The notes: generated from the letters alone by a model not told the origin. A stretch of 64,000 nt of DNA from Nitrososphaeraceae archaeon (GCA_035250975.1 DATFEP010000012.1:1-64000); one strand, 5' to 3'; counted from the first letter of the stretch, positions 22,022 to 33,156 are shown. Numbers and translations: made by a program.

Positions 22022-22654
22022 TTGAAGTCACTAGACAAAATAATACTTGGCTCTCTATACGTAAGCAATTTAGACAAGGGCGTGGAATTTTTACAGCGTC
22101 TGCAAGATAGATATCAATTAGATAAAAAATTTTTTTATTCACGAATATTGGAGTTGACTAAAATTGGATTAATTGAAAAAACTAAAGACAATAATTTTAG
22201 ATTGAGTATGTTAGGAAGAGAAACCTTAACGGTAGTGCTCGTAGGAGGTGTATTTGACATATTACATCCTGGTCACATATCCACACTGAAGTCAGCTAAA
22301 TCATATGGAGATGTTCTGATAGTAATAATTGCAACAACATCTACTGCAACTAAAATAAAAAAAAATCGTGTAATATACCATAATGAAGAATTGAGAAAAG
22401 AAATGGTCTCAGCCTTAAGTTTTGTAGATCTTGCATTGATAGGAAGGAAAGGCACTTTATTTGATACTGTTGAGTATGTAAGACCGGATATTATTGCTTT
22501 AGGTTATGATCAGACACATACAGAAAAATATATTTCTGAAAATTGCAAAAAAAGAAATATTGACGCAAGAGTCATAAGATTGAATACACCAATCCCAAAA
22601 ACTAAGAGTTCCGAAATAAAAAAAGAGCTAGGAGATGCAGTTTATGATCTGTGA
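22022..22654 (+). CDS. ribL: FAD synthetase (cytidylyltransferase family) with N-terminal extension
   Basis: GGVFDILHPGH, RPDIIALGYDQ, SS.IK; adjacent to riboflavin kinase. Confidence 0.85.
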   Translation: MKSLDKIILGSLYVSNLDKGVEFLQRLQDRYQLDKKFFYSRILELTKIGLIEKTKDNNFRLSMLGRETLTVVLVGGVFDILHPGHISTLKSAKSYGDVLIVIIATTSTATKIKKNRVIYHNEELRKEMVSALSFVDLALIGRKGTLFDTVEYVRPDIIALGYDQTHTEKYISENCKKRNIDARVIRLNTPIPKTKSSEIKKELGDAVYDL

Positions 22655-22665
22655 GAATTAAGAAA

Positions 22666-23361
22666 TCAAGATAAATTATCAGTTTTCACTTTAAATTTAA
22701 TTAGATCACCGTTTTTTAAATTAAATTCTTCTTTGATTGAAAATGGAGCTATTATTTCTATGATAGTGTCATCATAGTGGGTTCTTTCCAAAATTAGTAC
22801 TGCACAATTTGGATTTTCGCTCTCATTTAGATAAGCTGGGTAACATTTTACCCATCCATACGTTCGAGTTTCGTCACTAAATCCATCTACAGCTACAGAT
22901 GGAAATTTCAATATCTCTTTTTTTCTATCAACATAAAATTTTGAATTCAGCTTTATGTTAAGTGTACCAGGATATGGTTCGTAACCTAGTTTTTCTTTAA
23001 ATTTTTGTTTATAACCAGATAACGACATGTAATACGATCCTTCACCCATTCCTGAAACCACTTCTCCTTCGAAATTGAGAGTATTTTTGAAAGTTTCAAC
23101 TGCTGTCTTCAAAAAAAGAAATAGCTCATAAACTTCTTGAAATCCTCTTTCAGTTATCTTGACACTAAATTTTTTCCCATGTTGATTTCTTTCTATTAAT
23201 CCCGTCAATTCGAGATAAAGTAACTCTTTTGAGGCTAACTGTTGAGAACGATTAATTTTTTTTGCCAACTCATTTGTAGTAATTTCCACAAAATTATTCT
23301 TAGCCCCACATAATAAGAGATGTGAAAGTATTACAACATGTTGTAGCTTGGTATCTTTCAT
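22666..23361 (-). CDS. ribK: CTP-dependent riboflavin kinase with N-terminal HTH (RbkR-type)
   Basis: ELAKKINRSQQLAS HTH; GEVVSGMGEG, PYPGTLN, ERTHY. Confidence 0.92.
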   Translation of the reverse strand: MKDTKLQHVVILSHLLLCGAKNNFVEITTNELAKKINRSQQLASKELLYLELTGLIERNQHGKKFSVKITERGFQEVYELFLFLKTAVETFKNTLNFEGEVVSGMGEGSYYMSLSGYKQKFKEKLGYEPYPGTLNIKLNSKFYVDRKKEILKFPSVAVDGFSDETRTYGWVKCYPAYLNESENPNCAVLILERTHYDDTIIEIIAPFSIKEEFNLKNGDLIKFKVKTDNLS

Positions 23362-23369
23362 AAATAGGT

Positions 23370-24638
23370 TTATGGTAATTCTATTTCACTAAAGGTGTTA
23401 ATTTTGAGTGATGAGTTCCGTTTTATATCTGCCAATCTGTGACCTACTATTTGTTCTATTCCAGCTTTATCAGAGGCATCAATCAATCTCTGTGTCACTA
23501 TTCCATCAAGAATTAGGATCTTCCCTCCTGAAATGTCATCTAGTTTTTTTACAATTTCAGAAACAGGAACTTTGATGATTGTGTTCATCGATCCATCAAG
23601 AACAATAGCCTCAAGTGTTTCGTTAATTTGAGAGTAAATGTCACGTATTATGGAATTTTGACCCGTATCAGATTTAATAGCAGTATTAGTTTGGACCAAT
23701 ATAGATTCAACGTTATTGCCTTGTGGGATTTTTTGTGGAGATTGTTGAAATACAGGTTTCTCTTTCTCGGTTTTGTGATATTTCTTTTGGGGAAAAGGTG
23801 TTTGTTTACGTGAGAAAGTATCTTCTTTTGATTCTTCAAAGATATTACCCAATATTTGTGATATCTCTAGAGGTGTACATTCTTCTACTTCTCTACCTTG
23901 TGGAGCTCTGTAAACTTTATCGACACTAACCAATCCCTGTAACTCCTTCAATATTAGATCACCGGCCCGGTCTCCATCAAGGAATGCAATTACTTTTTTA
24001 CCTTCAGTAAGATGTGTTATAGTTTCATCAATTTTTGCCCCTTCAATTGCAATAGCATTATCAAATCCCGCACGAAGTAGGTTAATCACATCTGCCCTTC
24101 CTTCTACAAGTATAATCCATTCAGAATTAAAAACTCCAGTCCCGCATGCAAGTTGAGCCTTACCAAAGGTAGTAAGTTTTCCAGGCTTGCTGGCATCATA
24201 AACATCTTTTAACATTTCTTCTCCCTCGCTGATAGTCTTAGTAGCCCACTCTTGTACAATTTTTTTTGCACGATCGACAATAACTTTTTTCTTTATCGCT
24301 CGAATATCATCGATCCCTGACAAAATAAAATGAGCTTGAAAAGGACCAACTTTATCGATACTTTCAATCGCTGCTGCGATGAGAGCTGCTGTAGATATGT
24401 CAGTACTCATTGGGATTAATGCATCTCCCTTTGCAATATTGGACTTTGTATCTACATTTACTTCTATTCTACCAACTTTAGAGACCTTTTGTAATTCATT
24501 GAGGTTCATTTCTGGACCAAGCAAACCCTCGGTCTGACCAAAAATAGCTCCAATAATGTCTGCTTTTTCTACGAGTCCATCAACCTCGAAGCTTAATTTA
24601 ACGTGATATTTTACTATACCGGTACTAGGCAATTCCAT
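23370..24638 (-). CDS. dnaG: Archaeal DnaG (primase-like, exosome-associated)
   Basis: GAIFGQTEGLLG, TOPRIM VEGRADV, FLDGDRAG, DGIVTQRL. Confidence 0.95.
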   Translation of the reverse strand: MELPSTGIVKYHVKLSFEVDGLVEKADIIGAIFGQTEGLLGPEMNLNELQKVSKVGRIEVNVDTKSNIAKGDALIPMSTDISTAALIAAAIESIDKVGPFQAHFILSGIDDIRAIKKKVIVDRAKKIVQEWATKTISEGEEMLKDVYDASKPGKLTTFGKAQLACGTGVFNSEWIILVEGRADVINLLRAGFDNAIAIEGAKIDETITHLTEGKKVIAFLDGDRAGDLILKELQGLVSVDKVYRAPQGREVEECTPLEISQILGNIFEESKEDTFSRKQTPFPQKKYHKTEKEKPVFQQSPQKIPQGNNVESILVQTNTAIKSDTGQNSIIRDIYSQINETLEAIVLDGSMNTIIKVPVSEIVKKLDDISGGKILILDGIVTQRLIDASDKAGIEQIVGHRLADIKRNSSLKINTFSEIELP

Positions 24639-24866
24639 AACCTCTTGTTTATTATAAAGTAAAATTAAGGTTGACAGGCACGAATATAAGTGCTTTGACT
24701 AACATTTCTAAATAAATTTTAAATAATTAGAATAAATTTTAATTTTTTTATTAAAAAAAGAATCAGACAACTAAGAAATATTATAATATATATTTTTTAC
24801 TTGCATAAATACAAGATAGGTGAAATAAAGGTATTTTTAGGTAATTAACGAATATAATTTCGATAT

Positions 24867-25220
24867 ATGGCTATCGGGGGATCAGAATGGATTATTATTA
24901 TTTTGATCAGCATTTTTTTGATCTTCGGTTCCAAAAAATTACCAGAAATATCTAGACAGATAGGCAAGGCAGTAGGCGAATATAATAGAACTAGAGAGGC
25001 GTTATCGAAAGAGATTAGAGATATTTCAAACGTTGATTCACAGAAGATTAAGGTAGATAATTCCAAGAATTTTACAATTGGTAAAATTATTGGTGGCCCA
25101 GTCTCTTCTGAAAGAGAAAAATTGGAAATGATAGCCAAATCATTGAATATTGAATTTGCGGACAAAACTGACGAAGAACTTCGTTTGGTAATCAATGATC
25201 GAATGAAAAAAGATAATTAA
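24867..25220 (+). CDS. tatA: Twin-arginine translocase TatA/E family subunit
   Basis: GGSEW, TM helix, FGSKKLPE, amphipathic helix. Confidence 0.88.
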   Translation: MAIGGSEWIIIILISIFLIFGSKKLPEISRQIGKAVGEYNRTREALSKEIRDISNVDSQKIKVDNSKNFTIGKIIGGPVSSEREKLEMIAKSLNIEFADKTDEELRLVINDRMKKDN

Positions 25221-25288
25221 TAGGTATTTTTCTACGATAATCATTAGATATATTTATTATTCAGGATTTAAATAGAACGTACAGAAAT

Positions 25289-26554
25289 ATGTCTTCAAAT
25301 GATAATGAAAAAATAAATCCATTTCAAGTTGCTTTAAAACAATTGGAAGAGGCCGCAAAAATTCTTAATCTTGATAAAGGAATGTTTGACGTGTTATCTC
25401 ATCCTAAAAGAGTACTTACTGTTTCCATCCCAGTAAAGATGGACGATGGGTCCATGAGGGTATTTACCGGATATAGATCTCAACATAATGATGCAAGGGG
25501 TCCATACAAAGGGGGAATTAGATACCACCCAGATGTTACAATAGATGAAGTCAAGGCTTTATCAATGTGGATGACCTGGAAATGTGCAATCGCTGACATT
25601 CCTTATGGTGGTGGGAAAGGGGGAATAATTTGCAATCCGAAAGAAATGTCAGAAAATGAACTTGAAAGAATGACAAGAAGATTTGCATATATGATATCTG
25701 ATATAATTGGTCCTCATACGGATATTCCAGCACCTGATGTCTATACTGGTGGTAAAGAAATGGCATGGATAATGGATACATACTCTGCACTTAAAGGTAA
25801 TTTTGTACAGCCAGAATTAATAACAGGTAAACCTATTCCTATCGGCGGTTCTTTGGGAAGAAATGAAGCCACTGGAAGAGGACTTGCTTATACTGTAAGA
25901 GAGGCTGCTAAAGAACTTGGCATAAACATGAAGGAATCTACAATTGTTGTCCAAGGCTTCGGCAATGCGGGACAGTTTTCTTCAAAATTAGTACAAGATC
26001 AAGGGGGAAAGGTGATTGCTGCATCAGATACTCAGGGAGCTATTATCAACAGTGAAGGAATCAGCGCAGACGCATTAATGAAGCATAAAAAGGAAACTGG
26101 TTCAGTGGCAGGATTTGATGGATCTAGATCAATCTCAAATGAAGAACTATTGGAAACAGAATGTACTGTTTTAATACCTGCGGCTTTAGAAAACCAAATA
26201 ACAAAGAATAATGCAGGAAAAATTAAGGCAAAAATAGTTGCTGAGGCCGCAAACGGTCCAACAACCCCAGAGGCTGACGAAGTACTCTATAAGAATGGAA
26301 TTCTTGTAATACCAGATATTCTAGCAAATGGTGGAGGAGTAACAGTATCTTATTTTGAATGGTTACAAAATTTGAGAAGAGATTATTGGACTGAAGATGA
26401 AGTAAATCACAGACTTGACAAGAATATTACTAAATCATTCCATGATGTTTATGATGCACATAAGAGATATAACGTGGACATGAGAAAAGCTGCCACTTTA
26501 CTTGCTATAAATAGAGTTGCAGAGGCAACAAAAATTAGAGGAATTTGGCCATAA
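25289..26554 (+). CDS. gdhA: Glutamate dehydrogenase
   Basis: GPYKGGIRY, GGGKGG, DIPAPD, QGFGNAG, EAANGP. Confidence 0.96.
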   Translation: MSSNDNEKINPFQVALKQLEEAAKILNLDKGMFDVLSHPKRVLTVSIPVKMDDGSMRVFTGYRSQHNDARGPYKGGIRYHPDVTIDEVKALSMWMTWKCAIADIPYGGGKGGIICNPKEMSENELERMTRRFAYMISDIIGPHTDIPAPDVYTGGKEMAWIMDTYSALKGNFVQPELITGKPIPIGGSLGRNEATGRGLAYTVREAAKELGINMKESTIVVQGFGNAGQFSSKLVQDQGGKVIAASDTQGAIINSEGISADALMKHKKETGSVAGFDGSRSISNEELLETECTVLIPAALENQITKNNAGKIKAKIVAEAANGPTTPEADEVLYKNGILVIPDILANGGGVTVSYFEWLQNLRRDYWTEDEVNHRLDKNITKSFHDVYDAHKRYNVDMRKAATLLAINRVAEATKIRGIWP

Positions 26555-26557
26555 GAT

Positions 26558-26580
26558 ATCTTTTCTTTCTTTTCTTTTTG
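26558..26580 (+). terminator. Oligo-T archaeal terminator after gdhA
   Basis: Pyrimidine/T run TCTTTTCTTTCTTTTCTTTTT immediately after the stop codon. Confidence 0.55.
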
Positions 26581-26735
26581 CTAAAGCATAAGTAATTTAT
26601 TCAATTTCCTTGGTTTATTTTTTTGAAAATCCATTTATTATTAAACTGATCTTATAAATAATTAAAGAAATTTAAAAAATAATTAAATAGATAGATCCTA
26701 GATGCATAAAAAAATATAATCTTTAAAAAAAGTTG

Positions 26736-27086
26736 TTATTCTGTCGAGAATGAGTGTCCACAAGAACAGCTTTTAGTTACGTTGGGATTATTAATCTTGA
26801 ATCCAGATCCCATTAGACTATCTATATAATCTATGCTTGCCCCGTTTAGATATCTCTGACTATAATTATCGATTATGATTTTTACGCCATTTTGTTCGAT
26901 CATATAATCATCTTCTTCTGCATTTTCTTCAAACCCCATTCCGTATGATAATCCGGAGCATCCTCCACCAGTTACGTAAACTCGTAAGAAAAGACTTGCC
27001 TTTTCTTCCTGCTTCATAAATTCAATAACTTTTTCTGCAGCTTTTGGGGTTACAGTTACTATTTGTGATTGCTGAGAGCTTTCCAT
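26736..27086 (-). CDS. A-type Fe-S carrier, HesB/IscA/ErpA family
   Basis: GGGCSGLSY and CSCGHSF. Confidence 0.95.
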   Translation of the reverse strand: MESSQQSQIVTVTPKAAEKVIEFMKQEEKASLFLRVYVTGGGCSGLSYGMGFEENAEEDDYMIEQNGVKIIIDNYSQRYLNGASIDYIDSLMGSGFKINNPNVTKSCSCGHSFSTE

Positions 27087-27140
27087 TTTATTATTAATAT
27101 CTTTTTAAAACAATATAAATTTTGCCTGATCTAAAAAAAA

Positions 27141-29264
27141 TTAAGAATTATTGTTAGTTATTTTTGCCCATTGTGCTAAACTTCCAGCTGCTGTCACCCA
27201 GGAGATAACAGAATGATACACAGGTACGTTATTTTCCTCTATTCTTTTTGAGATTTCTTGAGTAAATGGTCCTCCGAGTGCACCTATCAAGATAGGCTTT
27301 TTCTTCTGTTTCTGAAAATCAGCAAGGATATTTACTATTGTTTCTTCCAATGGGTCGTCTTGAAAAACAAACCAGGGCATAATAATATCGACTTTGGGAT
27401 CATCTAAGAATGTCTGTATAGCAAATTTATAGTCATCTGCATTAGCAGATCCTGTAACATCCAATGGATTTCCTATAACATATGTTGAAGGATAGTGTTC
27501 ATGAAATTTCTTTTTACTCTCTTCACTCATCTCTGCTATCTTTAAAGATAACCTTTCAAAATGATCTATTGCTGCGATTACAGGTCCTGCTCCATTTGTT
27601 ACTAATGCTACTCTATTTCCTTTCGGAATAGGTTGCCAAGTCAATGCTTTTAATGAACCAGTTAGTTCTTCATAGCTATCAACAGATATAATACCAGCTT
27701 GATCAAAAGCGCCTTTTACCACTGAATAAGAACCGCCCAGCGATCCTGTATGAGACTCTGCTTGTTTAGCACCTCGTTGTGACCTTCCGTTTTTAAAAAC
27801 TACTATTGGTTTTTTCTTATCCTTTATTACGTTCTTGGCAGTATTCATAAATTTTCTGCCATCACCAAGTCCTTCTACATATAATCCGATGACAGAGGTT
27901 TTAGGGTCTTCAGAAAGATACCAGATCATATCTGCCTCATCAACATCGGAACGGTTTCCATATGAGATCATCTTACTCATTCCAAAGGAGTCAGAGGTTT
28001 CCATAAATGCTATTCCAATAGTACCACTCTGAGACAAAAATGCGACATCACCTTTTTTTGGTCGTATCATTCTTTCGTGTCCTTGGAATGCACAATCAAG
28101 TCTATTTTCTCCATTAAACATCCCGATACAATTTGGTCCTATTATCCTTACATGTAATTTAGAAGACAAATTTTTGATTTTTTGCTCAATTTCAGCTCTT
28201 TCACCACCAAGTTCCTTACCACCTCCAGAAATTATGACCATATTATGGATTCCTTTTTTGCCGCATGTTTCCAATATATCTGGGACAAATTTAAGATCAA
28301 CTGTAACTATCACCAAATCAACTGGTTCGTCAATGGCGTCTAAACTTTTATACGCCTTTAGATCAAGTATATGGTCATAACCTTTTGCATTCACGGGAAA
28401 AATTTTTCCTTTATAATCATATTTTGAAAGGCTTTTGAGAACAGAATTTCCTACTTTGTTTTCCTCAGGAGAAGCGCCTATTAATGCAATTGATTTAGCA
28501 TCAAAAAAGATATTCATATAGCTTGAATCTGGAACAGAATTAGAAATTGTATCTTCATTCACGTTTGTCTTTAATAGAATCTTGGCATCTACAACATAGT
28601 AATTTTGAGGATATACAATAATAGGATTAAAGTCTACGCTATCAATATATTTTGCCATATCAGTACCGAGATTACCAATTTTAACAATAGCATCACATAA
28701 AATATCCAAGTCAACAGGTTCCGATCCTCTAAATCCTTTAAGAATTTTGTTTCCTTTTAAATCATTAATCATATCCAATGCATCTTCTTTTGTAATTGGA
28801 AGTACTCTAAAGGAAATGTCCTTAAATAATTCAGTATAAATTCCTCCTAGACCTAGCATGATCACTGGTCCGAATTGAGGATCATTTTGTAATCCTACTA
28901 TTAATTCGATTCCTTTAGGAACCATCTTTTCTAATAATACCCCCTTAACATCATATTCTTTTGACAGACGACCATGCATGTCTAAAAATGCTTCTTTTGT
29001 TTCCTCTTCATTTTGTAACCCAACCTTGACTCCTTGTACATCTGTTTTGTGTAAAATTTGATCAGATACTATTTTGGCGACTAGCGGAAAACCTATTTCT
29101 CTTGACTTTACTAGAGCTTCAGAATCACTAGTAACGATAGAATATTCTGGGACCTTTATACCATATTCAGATAATATGGATTTTGCTGATTCTTCTGTAA
29201 TTATTTTGCTACCTTTTTGAACATTATCATCAAATATTTTTCGTACTTTTTCACTATCTACCAT
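27141..29264 (-). CDS. ADP-forming acyl-CoA synthetase, probably 3-hydroxypropionate-CoA ligase of the thaumarchaeal HP/HB cycle
   Basis: N-terminal ATP-grasp (HKTDV.GV), then CoA-binding IGAS, GPNC.G, SHTGSL; this domain order matches my recollection of the 3-HP ligase rather than the 4-HB ligase. Confidence 0.8.
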   Translation of the reverse strand: MVDSEKVRKIFDDNVQKGSKIITEESAKSILSEYGIKVPEYSIVTSDSEALVKSREIGFPLVAKIVSDQILHKTDVQGVKVGLQNEEETKEAFLDMHGRLSKEYDVKGVLLEKMVPKGIELIVGLQNDPQFGPVIMLGLGGIYTELFKDISFRVLPITKEDALDMINDLKGNKILKGFRGSEPVDLDILCDAIVKIGNLGTDMAKYIDSVDFNPIIVYPQNYYVVDAKILLKTNVNEDTISNSVPDSSYMNIFFDAKSIALIGASPEENKVGNSVLKSLSKYDYKGKIFPVNAKGYDHILDLKAYKSLDAIDEPVDLVIVTVDLKFVPDILETCGKKGIHNMVIISGGGKELGGERAEIEQKIKNLSSKLHVRIIGPNCIGMFNGENRLDCAFQGHERMIRPKKGDVAFLSQSGTIGIAFMETSDSFGMSKMISYGNRSDVDEADMIWYLSEDPKTSVIGLYVEGLGDGRKFMNTAKNVIKDKKKPIVVFKNGRSQRGAKQAESHTGSLGGSYSVVKGAFDQAGIISVDSYEELTGSLKALTWQPIPKGNRVALVTNGAGPVIAAIDHFERLSLKIAEMSEESKKKFHEHYPSTYVIGNPLDVTGSANADDYKFAIQTFLDDPKVDIIMPWFVFQDDPLEETIVNILADFQKQKKKPILIGALGGPFTQEISKRIEENNVPVYHSVISWVTAAGSLAQWAKITNNNS

Positions 29265-29350
29265 AGAAATACGAAAAAGCTTTAGTGTAGTTTCTAATTA
29301 ACTTTACTTTTTATTCAATATTATTTGACTATGGACGAATAGATTCTTAC

Positions 29351-29971
29351 TCATTCATTATTGTTTAACTTGTCAAGAGACTGAATAAGTATAGACCTTC
29401 TTGATTCTTCAGTCATCAATTCCCGTGTATTTTCAATCAATATTCTACATACATCCAATTTCTTTCTAATTCCAGAAACAAAGTTATCGTAAACTGCAAA
29501 TGGATAGATGGCATTAAAAATCTCCTGCATCTGAATGAATAAAATTTCAGCCTCCTTATAGTTTCCCAATCTAACCTTATCATAAATCATCCGCTTTATC
29601 TCCCCAATGCTATCTAAAAACCCCAAAAGATATGATTGACTTGAAACATTCATCTCACCCAAACTAGGAAAAGATTTATTTTTTGCAATTCCTAACACTA
29701 TACTGGCTTCTACCAGTTCTTGTTCTGAAATAGAGAGGTATCTTGATAGATCTTGCTTGGCATAATCTTTTAATGAAAAATATAATGCTTTTGCTTTCTC
29801 TAATTTAGATTGACTCGCTTCTAAATTATTTTGATGTACTTCTATTATTGTCTGGCTACACAGGATTATTAATTCTCGAGATTCTTTGATAAGGTGTTCT
29901 CGTCTATTTTCTATATTTTTCAATTCTTCATATACAATGTCTAATGAATTTTTAATATTCAGAGGCAGCAC
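29351..29971 (-). CDS. Translin/TRAX family RNA-binding protein
   Basis: QELVEA, YLLG.LD.IGE.KR, RKKLDV; GTG start. Confidence 0.85.
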   Translation of the reverse strand: MLPLNIKNSLDIVYEELKNIENRREHLIKESRELIILCSQTIIEVHQNNLEASQSKLEKAKALYFSLKDYAKQDLSRYLSISEQELVEASIVLGIAKNKSFPSLGEMNVSSQSYLLGFLDSIGEIKRMIYDKVRLGNYKEAEILFIQMQEIFNAIYPFAVYDNFVSGIRKKLDVCRILIENTRELMTEESRRSILIQSLDKLNNNE

Positions 29972-30082
29972 GTTAACGAGTCCTATTTTTCATAATAATA
30001 TCTTTTGTAAATAATCTGATTTATTTCTTTAATTAAATTCGTAAACAAGGTTTTAACATGGGAATAAGAAATTAAGATTAGT

Positions 30083-30577
30083 TTGGGAAACATTCGAAGA
30101 AGTAGAGGATATAGCTACGAGTATCTTATTGTCAATAGACTCAACAATAGGTATTGGACAGCAAAACGACTTGGAGGTTCAAGTGTTGGCTTACCAGATA
30201 TTGTTGCAGTGAATAACAACAAGGGAATTTTGTTAGCGATTGAAGCCAAATCTGGAACAGGCGATGCATTATATGTTCCAAGTGACCAAATCGAAAGATG
30301 CTTTTCAATCGCAAATATGTTTAGATATTATAAAAATAAACATGTAATTCTAGCTTTTAAATTCATGCGTAAGAAAAGAATTAAAAAAAATCATGAAAAC
30401 ACATATGCGAGTAGAAAACTTGTCGAATACTACAAAGTTGCTGATATTTTGGGAGGTAAGAGAAAGTTTCCACAAATTAAATGTAATTATACTGGTGAAA
30501 CATTTGTAGTTGCAGAAAGTGCTTCAAAAAAATTTGAATTACCAGAATTTAAAATGCCCTTCCCCAAAAATAAATAA
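30083..30577 (+). CDS. Hjc-like Holliday junction resolvase (PD-(D/E)xK nuclease)
   Basis: RG..YE, PDIVA, IEAKS. Confidence 0.8.
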   Translation: MGNIRRSRGYSYEYLIVNRLNNRYWTAKRLGGSSVGLPDIVAVNNNKGILLAIEAKSGTGDALYVPSDQIERCFSIANMFRYYKNKHVILAFKFMRKKRIKKNHENTYASRKLVEYYKVADILGGKRKFPQIKCNYTGETFVVAESASKKFELPEFKMPFPKNK

Positions 30578-30607
30578 ATATTAACAAAAAAGAGATAGAT
30601 TGTAAAA

Positions 30608-31339
30608 ATGATTATACGAGTTAATAGTCTGAAAAAAATCCAGAAAAGGGTGAAGGATGAGAAATTCCGAGAAATACCGATAACTTCAGACCAGATGTAC
30701 AAAATTGAAGACGTGGGTCACAACAAGTTCGGTATGAAAAAGGTCTTAATGATGGAAAATGCAGGTTATGGAATAGCAGAATTGATATTAAAGAAATTTA
30801 AAAAAATAGACGATTTAAAAATTACAGTTGTTTGTGGGACAGGTAATAATGGTGGCGATGCCATGGTTGCATCAAGACATTTATCCATTCACTCCAGGAA
30901 ACCTATAAAAATAATTGTACTTGGAGATTTAAATAAAATAAAAACAGAAGAAGCATTAACAAATTTTGAGATAATCAAGAAAATGCATAAAACCATAAGA
31001 ATATATTATAAATTAGACACACAAATAAAGAATGAAATATTAGCATCTGACATAATAATTGATGGTATTTTTGGAACTGGGATAAAAGGAGATATCAAAG
31101 AACCTCAGGCACTTATAATTGATTTAATAAATAAATCTAAAGCTCATGTCATCTCTGTAGATATACCTTCAGGTTTAGACCCTGATACTGGTAACATAAA
31201 TTCTAATTGCGTCAAAGCTGACAGTACTATAACTTTTCACAGAATTAAAAATGGACTTTTACATAATAAAAAATATACAGGTACAATCTATTTGAAAAAA
31301 ATAGGCATTCCAATGGAAGTTGAGGGTGGAATAATATAA
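30608..31339 (+). CDS. nnrE: NAD(P)H-hydrate epimerase (YjeF_N)
   Basis: LMMENAG, GTGNNGGD, DGIFGTG, VDIPSG; start uncertain. Confidence 0.92.
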   Translation: MIIRVNSLKKIQKRVKDEKFREIPITSDQMYKIEDVGHNKFGMKKVLMMENAGYGIAELILKKFKKIDDLKITVVCGTGNNGGDAMVASRHLSIHSRKPIKIIVLGDLNKIKTEEALTNFEIIKKMHKTIRIYYKLDTQIKNEILASDIIIDGIFGTGIKGDIKEPQALIIDLINKSKAHVISVDIPSGLDPDTGNINSNCVKADSTITFHRIKNGLLHNKKYTGTIYLKKIGIPMEVEGGII

Positions 31340-31340
31340 A

Positions 31341-31967
31341 ATGACCTTGAAAATAGAACAAATCCAAGTAGGTCAAATGGCAAATTTTACATATCTCATT
31401 ATAGATGAAGAAGAAAAGGAAATAGCAATTATTGATCCGTCATGGGATCTTGATAAGATATTTGAAATTATTAAAAGAAATTCATACAGGGTAAAATTCA
31501 TTATCAATACTCATACACATTTTGATCATATTTTAGGAAATGAACAAGTTTTAGCCATTACTAATTGTCAAATTGTTCAACACGAAAATTCTATTGATAG
31601 ACACGATATAGCAGTTAAAGATGGAGATAGAATAAGAGTTGGAAACATCGTTATAGATATATTGCATACACCTGGACACTCAAAAGATAGTATTTGTTTA
31701 ATCGTAGACTCGAAAATAATTTTCACTGGAGACACATTGTTTGTTGGAAACTGTGGTCGTATAGATCTTCCTGGAGGCAATGTTAACGAAATGTATGACA
31801 GTCTGTTGAGAAGGATAATTAAATTAAACGACGAATTAACAGTTTACCCTGGTCATAACTATGGAATGAAGACTGTATCAACTATAGGAGAAGAAAAGAA
31901 TACGAATTATGTTCTAGCTCCAAGAACTCTACAGGAGTTTATTCAATTTATGACCGGAGAAGAATAG
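31341..31967 (+). CDS. MBL-fold metallohydrolase (glyoxalase II-like)
   Basis: THTHFDH, HTPGHS, FTGDTLF, YPGH. Confidence 0.92.
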   Translation: MTLKIEQIQVGQMANFTYLIIDEEEKEIAIIDPSWDLDKIFEIIKRNSYRVKFIINTHTHFDHILGNEQVLAITNCQIVQHENSIDRHDIAVKDGDRIRVGNIVIDILHTPGHSKDSICLIVDSKIIFTGDTLFVGNCGRIDLPGGNVNEMYDSLLRRIIKLNDELTVYPGHNYGMKTVSTIGEEKNTNYVLAPRTLQEFIQFMTGEE

Positions 31968-31970
31968 TCT

Positions 31971-33080
31971 TTGGTAAAACTATTTGAAGATATAACATTA
32001 GTCAATAATAAAATCAATATAAATGATTTAAAGATTATTAATCCAATATTCGTTTGTGTAATATCACACACGGAAACTAGTAAAATTCAGGGATTGACTG
32101 TTGCAGGAGCTAACCCAAACCTGATTAAATTTACACCACCTGCAGATGCCGAATTCCTGTATTATGGTAAATGTATTTGTATTAAAGGAGTTCCAGCAAC
32201 TCCAGATGGAAAACCTACACCAGCAATTATTACTAGAACTTCGTTAAATATTGCTGATATTCCTTTCATTGTAGTAGACGCAGGTGTAAAAATTAAACCA
32301 GCTATACCATTTTTTTCCTTTGATCTTAACCATGGAAACAATATAACTGAAGAAATAGCTATGAGCCTTGAAGATGTAAAGAAAGCATATTTGTATGGCA
32401 AATTACTTGGAGAACAACTTGCTAAAAATAATGATCTAGTGATCCTTGGGGAGAGTATTCCTTCTGGTACCACAACAGCATTAGGTGTAATGTTGTCTTT
32501 GGGAATTGATGCCACCTATAAAATAAGCAGCAGTATGCCAAACAACCCACATGAATTGAAAAATAAAATAATTGCATCAAGCATGGAAAGAAATAAGATT
32601 AAATTCGGAGAATTTAAAGAACAACCATTTAACGCCGTTTCTTATTTAGGTGACCCCATGATTCCATCTATTGCGGGTATAGCCACAGGAGCATTGGAAA
32701 ATGGATGTAGAGTGATGTTAGCAGGAGGTACTCAGATGTGTGCGATTTTAACATTACTAAAACGTTTAGAAATAAAAACAAATAAAATCATTATTGGAAC
32801 GACAAACTATATTTTGGATGATTTACAGTCGGATTTTGAAAATTTGGTCTATTCTATAGATAGAGAAATAGGAATTCTGGCTGTCGATCTACACATGAAG
32901 GAATCAAATAAACAAGGACTAAGAGCCTTTGCTGAAGGTTTTGTAAAGGAAGGAGTAGGTGCTGGAGGAACATCGATCGTAGCAATAATCAGAACAAAAG
33001 GACGGGTCAATAGTTGGACTCTCTTAAGAAATATAGAAAAAGAATATGAATCAAAAATAGAAGAGAATATAGTTATTTGA
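31971..33080 (+). CDS. cobT: Archaeal nicotinate-nucleotide-dependent phosphoribosyltransferase, CobT family
   Basis: TPPADAE, GESIPSGTTTA, LAGGTQM, VKEGVGAGG. Confidence 0.88.
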   Translation: MVKLFEDITLVNNKININDLKIINPIFVCVISHTETSKIQGLTVAGANPNLIKFTPPADAEFLYYGKCICIKGVPATPDGKPTPAIITRTSLNIADIPFIVVDAGVKIKPAIPFFSFDLNHGNNITEEIAMSLEDVKKAYLYGKLLGEQLAKNNDLVILGESIPSGTTTALGVMLSLGIDATYKISSSMPNNPHELKNKIIASSMERNKIKFGEFKEQPFNAVSYLGDPMIPSIAGIATGALENGCRVMLAGGTQMCAILTLLKRLEIKTNKIIIGTTNYILDDLQSDFENLVYSIDREIGILAVDLHMKESNKQGLRAFAEGFVKEGVGAGGTSIVAIIRTKGRVNSWTLLRNIEKEYESKIEENIVI

Positions 33081-33156
33081 ACTGTGTACAATAAGTTTTA
33101 CTTTATATTAACATAAAACTATTTCCAATCAATATTTACCTGTTCTTAGAAAATAT

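Noticed and set aside
23600-23850. Low-complexity insert in DnaG as a possible intein
   Set aside because: No intein terminal motifs; ordinary variable linker
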